32,000 nucleotides of DNA, from the NCBI RefSeq assembly GCF_000009045.1, contig NC_000964.3, forward strand, positions 1,590,001-1,622,000, read 5' to 3'. How positions within the stretch are numbered: the stretch's first letter is position 1; the number at the start of each line of letters is the position of its first letter. This document shows positions 18,919 through 29,022 of this stretch, piece after piece. The position numbers were made by a program, and so were the translations under genes. The notes under the pieces are model-generated. The model worked only from the letters and a program-made list of their open reading frames with translations, made no database searches and was not told where the DNA came from. This DNA comes from Bacillus subtilis subsp. subtilis str. 168. Lineage in GTDB: Bacteria > Bacillota > Bacilli > Bacillales > Bacillaceae.

Positions 18919-19164
18919 ATGATCAGCATTTCAGAATTTCAGGTAAAGGATGTCGTCAATGTCTCAAACGGAAAAAAGCTGGGGAGTATTGGTGATATTG
19001 ATATCAATGTGACCACTGGAAAAATTCAGGCGATCATACTCGGAGGAAATGGGAAAGTTCTCGGATTTTTTGGAAAAGAAGAGGAATTGGTCATTCCATG
19101 GCGAAATATAGTAAAAATCGGGGAAGATGTAATCTTAGTCCGATTAAGTGAACCACATGCATAA
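18919..19164 (+). CDS. ylmC: PRC-barrel-like sporulation protein, YlmC/YmxH family
   Basis: 81 aa from ATG 18919: MISISEFQVKDVVNVSNGKKLGSIGDIDIN..., typical YlmC/YmxH family. Confidence 0.88.
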   Translation: MISISEFQVKDVVNVSNGKKLGSIGDIDINVTTGKIQAIILGGNGKVLGFFGKEEELVIPWRNIVKIGEDVILVRLSEPHA

Positions 19165-19192
19165 ACCTGCTTGTCTGCCGCAGATTGGCAAA

Positions 19193-19218
19193 TGCCGGAA
19201 GTCTCGATTCTTCCGGCA
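19193..19218 (+). repeat. Perfect 9-bp inverted repeat after ylmC, possible weak terminator
   Basis: TGCCGGAAG (19193-19201) / CTTCCGGCA (19210-19218), followed by only a broken T-run. Confidence 0.6.
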
Positions 19219-19326
19219 CATTTCATTTAGAAATATGCAAATCGGCGCTCAACGAATGCAGTAAGATGTGGTAAAATAAGTGGGAAATTCCGCTTTTTTA
19301 AATGTTTGTCGAAAGGTTGGATCATC

Positions 19327-20163
19327 ATGAATACATATCACCCATTCAGTCTTACCACACCCTCGACACTCATGATACAAGACTGGGCTCAAACGAATCA
19401 AAACAACAAAGAGGTCATTGCCGGATTTACGACAAAAAACGGCGGTGTCAGCCAAAAGCCTTTTGAATCGTTAAATACAGGATTGCACGTTCATGACAAA
19501 GATGCAGATGTAGTTAAAAATCGTGAATATATTGCCGATATGTTTAATACTGATTTGCAGTCTTGGGTATTCGCTGATCAGACACATGATAATCGCGTTC
19601 AGAAAGTGACGCAGAGGGATAGGGGAAAAGGCGCCCGTGAGTATCACACGGCTCTAAAAGCAACGGACGGGATCTATACAAATGAAAAAAATGTATTTTT
19701 AGCATTATGCTTTGCTGATTGTGTGCCTCTTTTCTTTTATGATCCGGTTAAGTCGCTTGTCGGAGTCGCCCATGCCGGGTGGAAAGGCACCGTCAAACAG
19801 ATTGGCAGAGAAATGGTGAAGCAATGGACTGAGAAGGAAGGTTCAAATCCCTCAGATATTTACGCTGTTATTGGCCCGTCTATCAGCGGAGCATGCTATA
19901 CGGTAGACGACCGCGTCATGGATGCTGTCCGCGCATTGCCGGTTTCAGCAGACCTTGCCGCCAATCAGACGGCAAAGGCACAATATCAGCTTGATCTGAA
20001 AGAGCTGAACCGTCTTATACTGATGGACAGCGGTTTGGCAAGTGAACAAATTTCTGTCAGCGGTTTATGCACGGAAAGCGAGCCGTCTCTTTTCTATTCT
20101 CATCGCCGCGATCAGGGGAAAACTGGACGGATGATGTCCTTTATCGGAATGAAGGAGGCATAA
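19327..20163 (+). CDS. ylmD: YfiH/LACC1-type (DUF152, 'laccase domain') protein, probable purine nucleoside phosphorylase-family enzyme
   Basis: 'LCFADCVPLFFYDP', 'VGVAHAGWKGTVKQI', 'GPSISGACYTV', 'SHRRDQGKTGRMMSFI'. ATG 19327. Confidence 0.92.
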   Translation: MNTYHPFSLTTPSTLMIQDWAQTNQNNKEVIAGFTTKNGGVSQKPFESLNTGLHVHDKDADVVKNREYIADMFNTDLQSWVFADQTHDNRVQKVTQRDRGKGAREYHTALKATDGIYTNEKNVFLALCFADCVPLFFYDPVKSLVGVAHAGWKGTVKQIGREMVKQWTEKEGSNPSDIYAVIGPSISGACYTVDDRVMDAVRALPVSADLAANQTAKAQYQLDLKELNRLILMDSGLASEQISVSGLCTESEPSLFYSHRRDQGKTGRMMSFIGMKEA

Positions 20164-20169
20164 AAGATC

Positions 20170-20862
20170 TTGCGTGTTGTTGATAATTTACGACATATAA
20201 ACGAACGAATAAACGAAGCATGTAACAGATCGGGCCGCAGCTCCGATGAAGTTACGGTTATTGCAGTCACAAAATATGTATCACCTGAAAGAGCACAGGA
20301 GGCAGTAGATGCTGGCATCACCTGCCTCGGAGAGAATCGGGATGCGGAACTGCTCCGCAAACAGGAATTGATGAAAGGGAATCCGGAATGGCATTTTATC
20401 GGCAGTCTGCAATCAAGAAAAGCAAAATCTGTCGTCAATTCGGTTTCCTATATCCATTCCCTAGACCGGCTCTCATTAGCGAAAGAAATTGAAAAACGGG
20501 CTGAAGGTACTGTACGATGCTTTGTGCAGGTCAATACCTCTCTTGAGCCTTCTAAACATGGCATGAAAAAAGAAGAAGTCATTCCATTCATACAGGAGCT
20601 TTCCGGTTTCGAACATATCCTTGTTGCCGGGCTGATGACAATGGCTCCGCTGACTGATGATCAAGATCAGATCAGAAGCTGTTTCAGGTCGCTGAGAGAA
20701 CTCCGTGACCAGGTTCAGAAGCTGAACCAGCCGAACGCTCCGTGTACTGAACTGTCGATGGGCATGTCAAATGATTTTGAAATTGCAATTGAAGAAGGAG
20801 CTACTTATATTAGAATCGGCTCATCGTTAGTCGGAAATGAAACAGGGGGTGTACAGCAATGA
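20170..20862 (+). CDS. ylmE: YggS/PLPBP-family pyridoxal-5'-phosphate homeostasis protein
   Basis: '[11 protein letters not shown]', '[11 protein letters not shown]', '[12 protein letters not shown]', '[28 protein letters not shown]'. TTG start, 230 aa. Confidence 0.94.
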
Positions 20863-21314
20863 GTATGAAAAATAAACTGAAAAACTTTTTCTCAATGGAA
20901 GATGAAGAATACGAATATGAATATATTGAGACAGAGCGGGAATCTCATGAGGAGCATGAGCAAAAAGAAAAGCCGGCTTACAACGGGAATAAACCTGCGG
21001 GCAAACAGAATGTAGTGAGCTTGCAAAGTGTTCAGAAATCCTCTAAAGTGGTGTTGAGTGAGCCGCGCGTTTATGCGGAGGCGCAGGAAATAGCCGACCA
21101 TTTGAAGAACCGGCGGGCAGTTGTCGTCAATCTTCAGCGGATACAGCATGACCAGGCGAAGCGGATTGTTGACTTTTTAAGCGGAACCGTTTATGCCATT
21201 GGCGGCGATATTCAAAGAATCGGCTCAGATATTTTCCTCTGCACGCCTGACAACGTAGATGTATCAGGCACAATTTCTGAGCTCATATCTGAAGACGAAC
21301 ATCAGAGGTGGTAA
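20859..21314 (+). CDS. sepF: Cell division protein SepF
   Basis: DUF552/SepF fold: '[53 protein letters not shown]'. 151 aa, overlaps the ylmE stop. Confidence 0.96.
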
Positions 21315-21320
21315 AGCGAG

Positions 21321-21593
21321 ATGATCCTTTATCAAGTTTTTTCGGTTTTAAGCTTATTAATCACAATATACTCATTTGCCCTGATCATATATATTTTTAT
21401 GTCATGGGTGCCGAGTACGAGGGAAACAGCAGTCGGGCGTTTTTTGGCTTCGATTTGTGAACCATATCTCGAACCATTCAGAAAAATCATCCCTCCGATT
21501 GCAATGCTGGATATTTCACCAATCGTAGCAATACTTGTGCTTCGGTTTGCGACAACCGGCTTGTGGGGACTTTATCGCATGATTGCGTTTTAA
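21321..21593 (+). CDS. ylmG: YggT-family membrane protein YlmG
   Basis: 90 aa, two TM segments with '[33 protein letters not shown]'. Confidence 0.93.
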
Positions 21594-21607
21594 TGTGACA
21601 GTTTGAT

Positions 21608-21633
21608 AGGGGCTTGGCAGCAGCCAAGCCTCT
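21608..21633 (+). repeat. Hairpin between ylmG and ylmH
   Basis: AGGGGCTTGGC / GCCAAGCCTCT (21608-21618 / 21623-21633), one G-U pair, 4-nt loop, short T-run after. Confidence 0.65.
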
Positions 21634-21653
21634 TTACATAGAAGGGAAAGACG

Positions 21654-22427
21654 ATGAGCGATATATATCAGCACTTCAGAAAAGACGAGCGGGCCTTTAT
21701 TGATCAAGCGCTCGAATGGAAAAGAATTGTCCAGGAGCAGTACCGGATGAAGCTGACCGACTTTTTAGATCCCCGAGAGCAGGTCATCCTCTCTGCTGTT
21801 ACGGGACAGGCAGATGTCGGGCTTGCCTTTTCCGGCGGCTATGACAGAGCGGAGCGGAAACGGGCGATTCTGTTTCCAGAGTACATTACTCCGGAAGAAT
21901 CAGATTTTGAACTGCAGGCGTTTAACGTCCGTTATGCTGACAAGTTTGTCTCAGTAGATCATCGTTCTCTGCTTGGTGCATTAATGGGCATAGGATTAAA
22001 GCGGCAAAAATTCGGTGACATCGTGTTTTCTGAGACAGCAGTGCAATTGATTGTCTCAGCCGATACCGCTGATTTTGTGGCTGCACAGCTGACCCAAGCA
22101 GGCAAAGCGGCGGTCAGCCTAGAGAAAATCGACTTGTCAGACCTTAACATTCCAGCAGTTGATGTCGAAATAAGAGATGACACGGTTTCTTCTTTAAGGC
22201 TTGACGCCGTCTGCGCCTCTATGAGCAGGCAATCCCGCCAGAAATCACAGACGCTTGTGAAAAACGGCCTTGTGAAAGTGAACTGGAAGGTGGTTGAAGA
22301 TCCTTCATACATAGTCGCGGAAGGGGACATGCTGTCTATCAGAGGTTTTGGCCGGTGCAGCTTAACAAAAATCGAAGGAAAAACCAAAAAAGACAAATGG
22401 AGAGTTACGTTTGAACGACAAAAATAG
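21654..22427 (+). CDS. ylmH: S4-domain RNA-binding protein YlmH (RqcP2-like)
   Basis: 257 aa with C-terminal S4 domain 'RLDAVCASMSRQSRQKSQTLVKNGLVKVNWKVVEDPSYIVAEGDMLSIRGFGR'. Confidence 0.93.
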   Translation: MSDIYQHFRKDERAFIDQALEWKRIVQEQYRMKLTDFLDPREQVILSAVTGQADVGLAFSGGYDRAERKRAILFPEYITPEESDFELQAFNVRYADKFVSVDHRSLLGALMGIGLKRQKFGDIVFSETAVQLIVSADTADFVAAQLTQAGKAAVSLEKIDLSDLNIPAVDVEIRDDTVSSLRLDAVCASMSRQSRQKSQTLVKNGLVKVNWKVVEDPSYIVAEGDMLSIRGFGRCSLTKIEGKTKKDKWRVTFERQK

Positions 22428-22520
22428 TCGGTTTTTCAGTTTTTTTCTCCATCTGTGCGAAATTTGTTTTATAATGTGAACTAGATAACCGTACTGAAAT
22501 GTAAAAATGGAGGTGGCATC

Positions 22521-23015
22521 ATGCCATTAACGCCAAATGATATTCACAACAAGACGTTTACAAAAAGTTTTCGCGGATATGATGAAGATGAAGTAAATGA
22601 ATTCCTAGCCCAAGTCAGAAAAGATTACGAAATTGTTCTCCGCAAGAAAACTGAGCTTGAAGCGAAAGTCAATGAGCTTGATGAAAGAATCGGACACTTT
22701 GCCAATATTGAGGAGACATTGAATAAATCAATTTTAGTTGCTCAAGAAGCGGCTGAAGACGTAAAACGCAATTCTCAAAAAGAAGCAAAGCTGATCGTTC
22801 GGGAAGCGGAGAAAAACGCTGATCGCATTATCAACGAATCGTTATCAAAATCAAGAAAAATTGCAATGGAAATTGAAGAGCTGAAAAAACAGTCTAAAGT
22901 GTTCAGAACACGTTTCCAAATGCTGATTGAAGCTCAGCTTGATCTTCTGAAAAATGACGATTGGGATCATCTCCTTGAGTATGAAGTCGACGCTGTATTT
23001 GAGGAAAAGGAATAA
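22521..23015 (+). CDS. divIVA: Cell pole/septum protein DivIVA
   Basis: 'PLTPNDIHNKTFTKSFRGYDEDEVNEFLAQVRKDYE', coiled coil, 164 aa. Confidence 0.98.
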   Translation: MPLTPNDIHNKTFTKSFRGYDEDEVNEFLAQVRKDYEIVLRKKTELEAKVNELDERIGHFANIEETLNKSILVAQEAAEDVKRNSQKEAKLIVREAEKNADRIINESLSKSRKIAMEIEELKKQSKVFRTRFQMLIEAQLDLLKNDDWDHLLEYEVDAVFEEKE

Positions 23016-23029
23016 ATTCTCTGATTATC

Positions 23030-23059
23030 TTGACATTTTCTTAGCTTGTCGAATATAAT
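23030..23059 (+). promoter_or_regulatory. Sigma-A promoter for ileS
   Basis: TTGACA (23030-23035), 18-bp spacer, TATAAT (23054-23059), just upstream of the T-box leader. Confidence 0.85.
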
Positions 23060-23084
23060 ACGTTCATAAATTCAGATGAAAAAA

Positions 23085-23325
23085 CGGTTGAAAGGGACAG
23101 TCATGTTTCCTTCAGGCCTTCATAGCGACCCGGAGATGGTGAGAGTCCGGGATGGCCGGAATCATGTAGATCAGCCCTTTAGTTTCCTTGCTGAACTCAC
23201 AGTAGGTTAGGACGTTCATCACGTTACGATGCTCAAGAGGAAAAAGTGTATGCTTGCTTTTTCTAAAAGGGTGGTACCGCGAGATAAGCTTTCTCGTCCC
23301 TTATGGGATGAGAGGGCTTTTTTTA
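23085..23325 (+). ncRNA. T-box leader (isoleucine) upstream of ileS
   Basis: T-box motif 'AAAGGGTGGTACCGCG' (~23267-23282). Terminator stem TCTCGTCCC (23292-23300) / GGGATGAGA (23305-23313) plus T-tract. Candidate specifier ATC at 23161-23163 (inferred, not folded). Confidence 0.94.
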
Positions 23326-23356
23326 TTTTCTGAAAAAATGCAGTGGAGGAATGAAA

Positions 23357-26122
23357 ATGGATTTTAAAGACACGCTCTTAATGCCGAAAACAGATTTCCC
23401 GATGCGTGGAAATTTGCCAAACCGTGAGCCTGACATTCAAAAAAAATGGGAGGAAGAAGATATCTACCGTCTTGTTCAGGAACGGACGAAAGACCGCCCG
23501 AAATTTGTTTTACATGACGGACCTCCGTATGCAAACGGCGACATCCATATGGGCCATGCACTTAACAAGATTTTGAAAGACTTCATTGTCCGCTATAAAT
23601 CAATGAGCGGCTACAACGCACCGTATGTGCCGGGCTGGGATACACACGGATTGCCAATTGAAACAGCTCTGACAAAAAACAAAAAGGTCAACCGCAAAGA
23701 AATGTCAGTAGCGGAATTCCGCAAACTATGCGAAGAGTACGCTTGGAAGCAAATCGAGGGACAGCGTGAGCAATTCAAACGTCTTGGTGTCCGCGGTGAC
23801 TGGGAAAACCCATATGTGACATTAAAACCGGAATACGAAGCGCAGCAAATCCGCGTATTTGGTGAAATGGCAAAACGAGGCTACATTTACAAAGGCCTTA
23901 AACCGGTTAACTGGTCACCTTCAAGTGAGTCTGCTCTGGCTGAAGCCGAGATCGAATATCAAGATAAACGTTCAGCATCTATTTACGTCGCTTTTGGTGT
24001 AAAAGACGGAAAAGGCGTTCTTGAAAACGGCGAGCGCATCATCATTTGGACAACAACGCCGTGGACAATTCCGGCGAACCTCGGAATCTCAGTGCACCCT
24101 GATCTTGAGTACAGCGTGATTGCAGTAGGTGAAGACCGCTTTGTTGTAGCAAGTGCCTTAGTCGAAAATGTTGCATCGGCATGCGGATTTGATCAGTATG
24201 AAGTGACAAGAACGGTCAAAGGGAAAGACCTTGAGAACATTATCGCTGAACACCCGCTATATGGCAGAGACTCTCTCGTTATGCTTGGTGAACACGTAAC
24301 AACTGATGCCGGAACAGGCTGTGTTCATACAGCGCCTGGACATGGGGAAGATGACTTTATCATCGGCCAAAAATACGGTTTAGATGTGCTTTGCCCGGTC
24401 GATGAAAAAGGTGTAATGACAAGCGAAGCTCCTGGCTTTGAAGGCATGTTCTATGATGATGCAAACAAAGCGATCACACAGCAGCTTGATGAAAAAGGCG
24501 CACTTGTGAAGCTTGAATTCATTACTCATTCTTATCCGCATGATTGGAGAACAAAAAAACCAACCATTTTCAGAGCAACAGCGCAATGGTTTGCGTCTAT
24601 TAAAGATTTCAGATCAGACCTGCTGGATGCCATTAAAGAAACCAAATGGGTTCCTGAATGGGGCGAGCAGCGTTTGCACAACATGGTTCGGGACCGCGGA
24701 GACTGGTGTATTTCCAGACAGCGTGCGTGGGGTGTGCCGATTCCGGTATTTTACGCTGAAAACGGAGAACCGGTTATTACAGATGAAACCATTGAACATG
24801 TTTCTGAATTGTTCAGACAGCATGGATCAAACATTTGGTTTGAAAAAGAAGCAAAGGATCTTCTTCCGGAAGGCTTTACGCATCCTGGCAGCCCGAACGG
24901 CACATTTACAAAAGAACAGGATATCATGGATGTTTGGTTTGATTCAGGCTCTTCACATCAAGCAGTGCTTGAAGAACGTGATGACCTCGTTCGCCCGGCT
25001 GATCTATACCTAGAGGGATCTGACCAATATCGCGGCTGGTTTAACTCTTCTCTTTCTACAGCAGTAGCCGTAACAGGGAAAGCGCCGTATAAAGGTGTGC
25101 TCAGCCATGGGTTCGCACTGGATGGAGAAGGACGTAAGATGAGTAAATCAATCGGTAACGTTGTTGTTCCGGCTAAAGTCATGAAACAGCTTGGTGCCGA
25201 CATCTTAAGATTATGGGTATCTTCAGTGGATTATCAGGCGGACGTTCGCGTGTCTGACGCCATTCTGAAGCAGGTTGCGGAAGTATATCGTAAAATCCGC
25301 AACACGTTCCGTTTCCTTCACGGCAACCTTTTCGATTTTGATCCAAAAACAAATGCGGTGGCTGTCGAAGATCTTCGCGAAGTGGATCAGTATATGCTGA
25401 TTAAGCTGAACAAGCTGATTGATAAAGTGAAAAAAGCGTATGATGAGTACGAATTTGCGGTTGTGTATCACAGCATTCATAATTTCTGCACAATCGAATT
25501 GAGCTCATTCTACCTTGATTTTGCAAAAGATATTGTCTACATCGAGCATGCGGATCATCCGGATAGACGCAGCATGCAGACAGTATTCTACGAAACGCTT
25601 CTTGCATTAGTGAAGCTTTCAGCGCCTATCCTTCCACATACGGCAGACGAATTGTGGTCTCATTTAACATTTGTTGAAGAGCAGAGCGTTCAGTTGACCG
25701 ATATGCCGGAAACAATCACGGTTCCAAACAGTGAAGCGACTGAAGAAAAATTTGACCGCTTTATGGCTCTTCGTGATGACGTGTTAAAAGCATTAGAAAC
25801 TGCGCGAAATGAAAAAATTATCGGTAAATCTTTGGAAGCAAACCTGAAATTGTATCCAAACAAAGAAAACAAGGAGCTCTTGGCTTCCATAAAAGAAAAC
25901 CTTTCTCAGCTGTTTATTGTGTCTGAACTGACAATCAGCGAAGAAAATGAAGCGCCGAACGATGCGCAAAGCTTTGCGACGGGTAAAATCGCTGTCGAGA
26001 AAGCGGAAGGCGAAATGTGTGAGAGATCTCGTGTGATTTCAAAAGATGTAGGGGCAAATCCGAAATATCCTACACTTTCATTACGCAACGCTGAAATCGT
26101 TGAAAAATACTATCAAAAATAA
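23357..26122 (+). CDS. ileS: Isoleucyl-tRNA synthetase
   Basis: '[22 protein letters not shown]' (HIGH), 'KMSKSIGN' (KMSKS), ~921 aa, T-box leader. ATG 23357. Confidence 0.98.
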   Translation: MDFKDTLLMPKTDFPMRGNLPNREPDIQKKWEEEDIYRLVQERTKDRPKFVLHDGPPYANGDIHMGHALNKILKDFIVRYKSMSGYNAPYVPGWDTHGLPIETALTKNKKVNRKEMSVAEFRKLCEEYAWKQIEGQREQFKRLGVRGDWENPYVTLKPEYEAQQIRVFGEMAKRGYIYKGLKPVNWSPSSESALAEAEIEYQDKRSASIYVAFGVKDGKGVLENGERIIIWTTTPWTIPANLGISVHPDLEYSVIAVGEDRFVVASALVENVASACGFDQYEVTRTVKGKDLENIIAEHPLYGRDSLVMLGEHVTTDAGTGCVHTAPGHGEDDFIIGQKYGLDVLCPVDEKGVMTSEAPGFEGMFYDDANKAITQQLDEKGALVKLEFITHSYPHDWRTKKPTIFRATAQWFASIKDFRSDLLDAIKETKWVPEWGEQRLHNMVRDRGDWCISRQRAWGVPIPVFYAENGEPVITDETIEHVSELFRQHGSNIWFEKEAKDLLPEGFTHPGSPNGTFTKEQDIMDVWFDSGSSHQAVLEERDDLVRPADLYLEGSDQYRGWFNSSLSTAVAVTGKAPYKGVLSHGFALDGEGRKMSKSIGNVVVPAKVMKQLGADILRLWVSSVDYQADVRVSDAILKQVAEVYRKIRNTFRFLHGNLFDFDPKTNAVAVEDLREVDQYMLIKLNKLIDKVKKAYDEYEFAVVYHSIHNFCTIELSSFYLDFAKDIVYIEHADHPDRRSMQTVFYETLLALVKLSAPILPHTADELWSHLTFVEEQSVQLTDMPETITVPNSEATEEKFDRFMALRDDVLKALETARNEKIIGKSLEANLKLYPNKENKELLASIKENLSQLFIVSELTISEENEAPNDAQSFATGKIAVEKAEGEMCERSRVISKDVGANPKYPTLSLRNAEIVEKYYQK

Positions 26123-26130
26123 TGCAAAAG

Positions 26131-26159
26131 AGCCCGGCGTAAAAGCCGGGCTTTTTTTG
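26131..26159 (+). terminator. Intrinsic terminator after ileS
   Basis: AGCCCGGC (26131-26138) / GCCGGGCT (26145-26152) followed by TTTTTTT. Confidence 0.95.
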
Positions 26160-26199
26160 TGCCAAGAGTGACATCCTTTAGAACGAAAGGAAAAATCTT

Positions 26200-26274
26200 A
26201 TGGGCTTTAGATCATCATTCACAGGCAACAATAAAGATACTACGTTAAGAGCAGGAGTTGTGAAGAATGAATGA
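26200..26274 (+). CDS. Candidate 24-codon small ORF overlapping the ylyA start (unverified)
   Basis: ATG at 26200 preceded by GAAAGGA. Translates MGFRSSFTGNNKDTTLRAGVVKNE, stop TGA 26272-26274, overlapping the ylyA start (26267) by 8 nt. Not in the supplied ORF track. Confidence 0.35.
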   Translation: MGFRSSFTGNNKDTTLRAGVVKNE

Positions 26275-26641
26275 TCAACTGACCGCAATTTATACGGAAC
26301 TTCTTCTGATGAAAGAAGAATTACAGTCGAGATTATTTGAGTATTCTTGCTTTCAGGTTTCTACAAGCCCGCAAGCAGCAATCAATCAAAAACAAAAAGC
26401 AACTCTGATCTATCATATTAAAGAAGAACTTCAAGACGTTCTCCTTGCATTGTCCAAAATCGAAAACGGCACATTCGGATACTGTGAAGAAACTGGGGCC
26501 CCCATTCCTCTTGCAAAGCTGGCAGTGCTGCCGACGGCCCGAACAGCAAACGATTTTCTTTATTCTGTCCAATTTGAGAAAAAAACGCTTCCGATATGGA
26601 AATCAACGGATATCGAATATGGTCAGGCACTGTATGAATAA
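26267..26641 (+). CDS. ylyA: DksA/TraR-like (YteA/YlyA family) protein, known RNA polymerase-binding protein
   Basis: 124 aa, N-terminal coiled coil plus DksA-like C-terminal block 'ALSKIENGTFGYCEETGAPIPLAKLAVLPTART', between ileS and lspA. Confidence 0.87.
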   Translation: MNDQLTAIYTELLLMKEELQSRLFEYSCFQVSTSPQAAINQKQKATLIYHIKEELQDVLLALSKIENGTFGYCEETGAPIPLAKLAVLPTARTANDFLYSVQFEKKTLPIWKSTDIEYGQALYE

Positions 26642-26743
26642 CAGTGTCTGTCCGGTTAATATGCCTGATATTTCTTTACTCCAGTGCTTTTTATTGATAA
26701 AATGCATAATGGATTAAAGTAACCGTAAACTGGAGGAACGTTT

Positions 26744-27208
26744 GTGCTGTATTATATGATTGCACTACTTATTATTGCAGCCGATCAATTGACAAAATGG
26801 CTAGTTGTTAAGAACATGGAACTTGGCCAAAGCATTCCGATCATTGATCAGGTATTCTATATCACCTCCCATCGCAATACGGGTGCTGCATGGGGGATAT
26901 TAGCGGGTCAAATGTGGTTTTTCTACCTCATAACAACCGCTGTTATTATTGGTATTGTTTATTACATACAGCGTTATACAAAGGGACAAAGGCTTCTTGG
27001 CGTTGCCCTCGGACTTATGCTTGGCGGTGCCATCGGCAACTTTATCGATCGGGCTGTCAGACAGGAAGTTGTGGATTTTATCCATGTTATTATTGTCAAT
27101 TACAATTACCCGATATTTAACATCGCGGACTCTTCACTATGTGTCGGCGTAATGCTTTTATTTATACAAATGCTGTTGGACAGCGGGAAAAAGAAAAAGG
27201 AGCAATAG
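26744..27208 (+). CDS. lspA: Lipoprotein signal peptidase (signal peptidase II)
   Basis: 'DQLTKWLVV', '[14 protein letters not shown]', '[11 protein letters not shown]', '[14 protein letters not shown]' catalytic Asp motifs. 154 aa. Confidence 0.97.
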   Translation: MLYYMIALLIIAADQLTKWLVVKNMELGQSIPIIDQVFYITSHRNTGAAWGILAGQMWFFYLITTAVIIGIVYYIQRYTKGQRLLGVALGLMLGGAIGNFIDRAVRQEVVDFIHVIIVNYNYPIFNIADSSLCVGVMLLFIQMLLDSGKKKKEQ

Positions 27209-27209
27209 C

Positions 27210-28121
27210 ATGAATCAAATTGATATAACCGCTTCAGAAGAACAAAAAAGTGAGCGGATTGATAAATTTTTGGCATCGACTGAGAATGATTGGTCAAGAA
27301 CCCAGGTTCAGCAATGGGTAAAAGACGGACAGGTTGTCGTGAACGGAAGCGCGGTGAAAGCGAATTATAAAATTCAGCCGGGTGATCAGGTGACCGTCAC
27401 TGTACCTGAACCGGAAGCGCTCGACGTCCTGGCAGAGCCTATGGATCTGGATATTTATTATGAGGACCAGGATGTGCTGGTCGTCAACAAACCTCGCGGA
27501 ATGGTTGTTCACCCAGCACCCGGGCATCTTACGGGCACACTTGTAAACGGTCTTATGGCTCATTGCACAGACCTTTCCGGAATAAATGGTGTGATGCGCC
27601 CGGGTATTGTTCACAGAATCGATAAGGACACGTCCGGTTTATTAATGGTGGCGAAAAATGATATGGCGCACGAGTCACTCGTAAACCAATTGGTCAACAA
27701 AACGGTCACGCGGAAATATACGGCGGTTGTCCACGGGCTTATTTCTCATGATGACGGCACAATTGACGCGCCGATCGGACGGGATAAAAAAGACCGTCAA
27801 AGCATGACTGTGACACGTGATGGCAAAAACGCTGTCACTCATTTTCATGTGCTTGAGCGTTTTCAGGATTTTACGTTAGTGGAGTGCCAGCTTGAAACAG
27901 GGAGAACCCATCAAATTCGTGTTCATATGAAATATATCGGATTCCCATTAGCAGGCGATCCGAAATACGGCCCAAGAAAAACAATCGACTTTAATGGCCA
28001 AGCGCTTCACGCGGGAGTTTTAGGTTTTGACCATCCACGAACAGGAGAATATGTCGAATTTGAAGCGCCGCTTCCCGAGGATATGGCAGAATTAATCGAA
28101 AACCTCAGAAAAAACGGTTGA
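27210..28121 (+). CDS. ylyB: RluA/RluD-family pseudouridine synthase
   Basis: S4-like N-terminus, catalytic 'GIVHRIDKDTSGLLMVAKN', 'LETGRTHQIRVHM'. 303 aa. Confidence 0.93.
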   Translation: MNQIDITASEEQKSERIDKFLASTENDWSRTQVQQWVKDGQVVVNGSAVKANYKIQPGDQVTVTVPEPEALDVLAEPMDLDIYYEDQDVLVVNKPRGMVVHPAPGHLTGTLVNGLMAHCTDLSGINGVMRPGIVHRIDKDTSGLLMVAKNDMAHESLVNQLVNKTVTRKYTAVVHGLISHDDGTIDAPIGRDKKDRQSMTVTRDGKNAVTHFHVLERFQDFTLVECQLETGRTHQIRVHMKYIGFPLAGDPKYGPRKTIDFNGQALHAGVLGFDHPRTGEYVEFEAPLPEDMAELIENLRKNG

Positions 28122-28146
28122 CAGAGGGTTTCTTTTCTGAAATAAT
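28118..28146 (+). promoter_or_regulatory. Sigma-A promoter of the pyr operon
   Basis: TTGACA (28118-28123) overlapping the ylyB stop, 17-bp spacer, AATAAT (28141-28146), upstream of the first attenuator. Confidence 0.75.
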
Positions 28147-28173
28147 AAACGAAGCTGAATAGATTCTTTAAAA

Positions 28174-28277
28174 CAGTCCAGAGAGGCTGAGAAGGATAAC
28201 GGATAGACGGGATGCGTGTATAGGCGCGCACCTTGTCCTAAAACCCCTCTATGCTCTGGCAGGAGGGGTTTTTTCTT
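28174..28277 (+). ncRNA. PyrR-binding leader/attenuator 1 (5' of pyrR)
   Basis: PyrR-binding loop CAGTCCAGAGAGGCTG (28174-28189) and terminator AAACCCCTC (28241-28249) / GAGGGGTTT (28263-28271) plus T's. Confidence 0.95.
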
Positions 28278-28285
28278 CTATATGA

Positions 28286-28849
<564 letters not shown>

Positions 28850-28868
28850 TAGATCACCTTTTTAAGGG

Positions 28869-28970
28869 CAATCCAGAGAGGTTGCAAAGAGGTGCACAAC
28901 AAAGGCCCAAAAAGTATTCGGCAGGTCTTTGTATGCCTCTTTGCGTAAAAAAGCAAAGAGGTTTTTTTAT
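28869..28970 (+). ncRNA. PyrR-binding attenuator 2 (pyrR-pyrP)
   Basis: Loop CAATCCAGAGAGGTTG (28869-28884). Terminator CCTCTTTGC (28936-28944) / GCAAAGAGG (28953-28961) plus T-tract. Confidence 0.95.
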
Positions 28971-29022
28971 ACAGTCATTGAGTCATCCTAAAATGAAAGT
29001 CAACAATCAGGGGGAAATCATC

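Noticed and set aside
21959-22396. 145-aa minus-strand ORF opposite ylmH
   Set aside because: Shadow ORF over a conserved S4-domain gene; no independent support.
28882-29022. N-terminal extension of the pyrP ORF (47 codons from 28882)
   Set aside because: It lies in the second pyr attenuator; ATG 29023 after GGGGGAAATC gives the canonical N-terminus MSKKKVNLGV.
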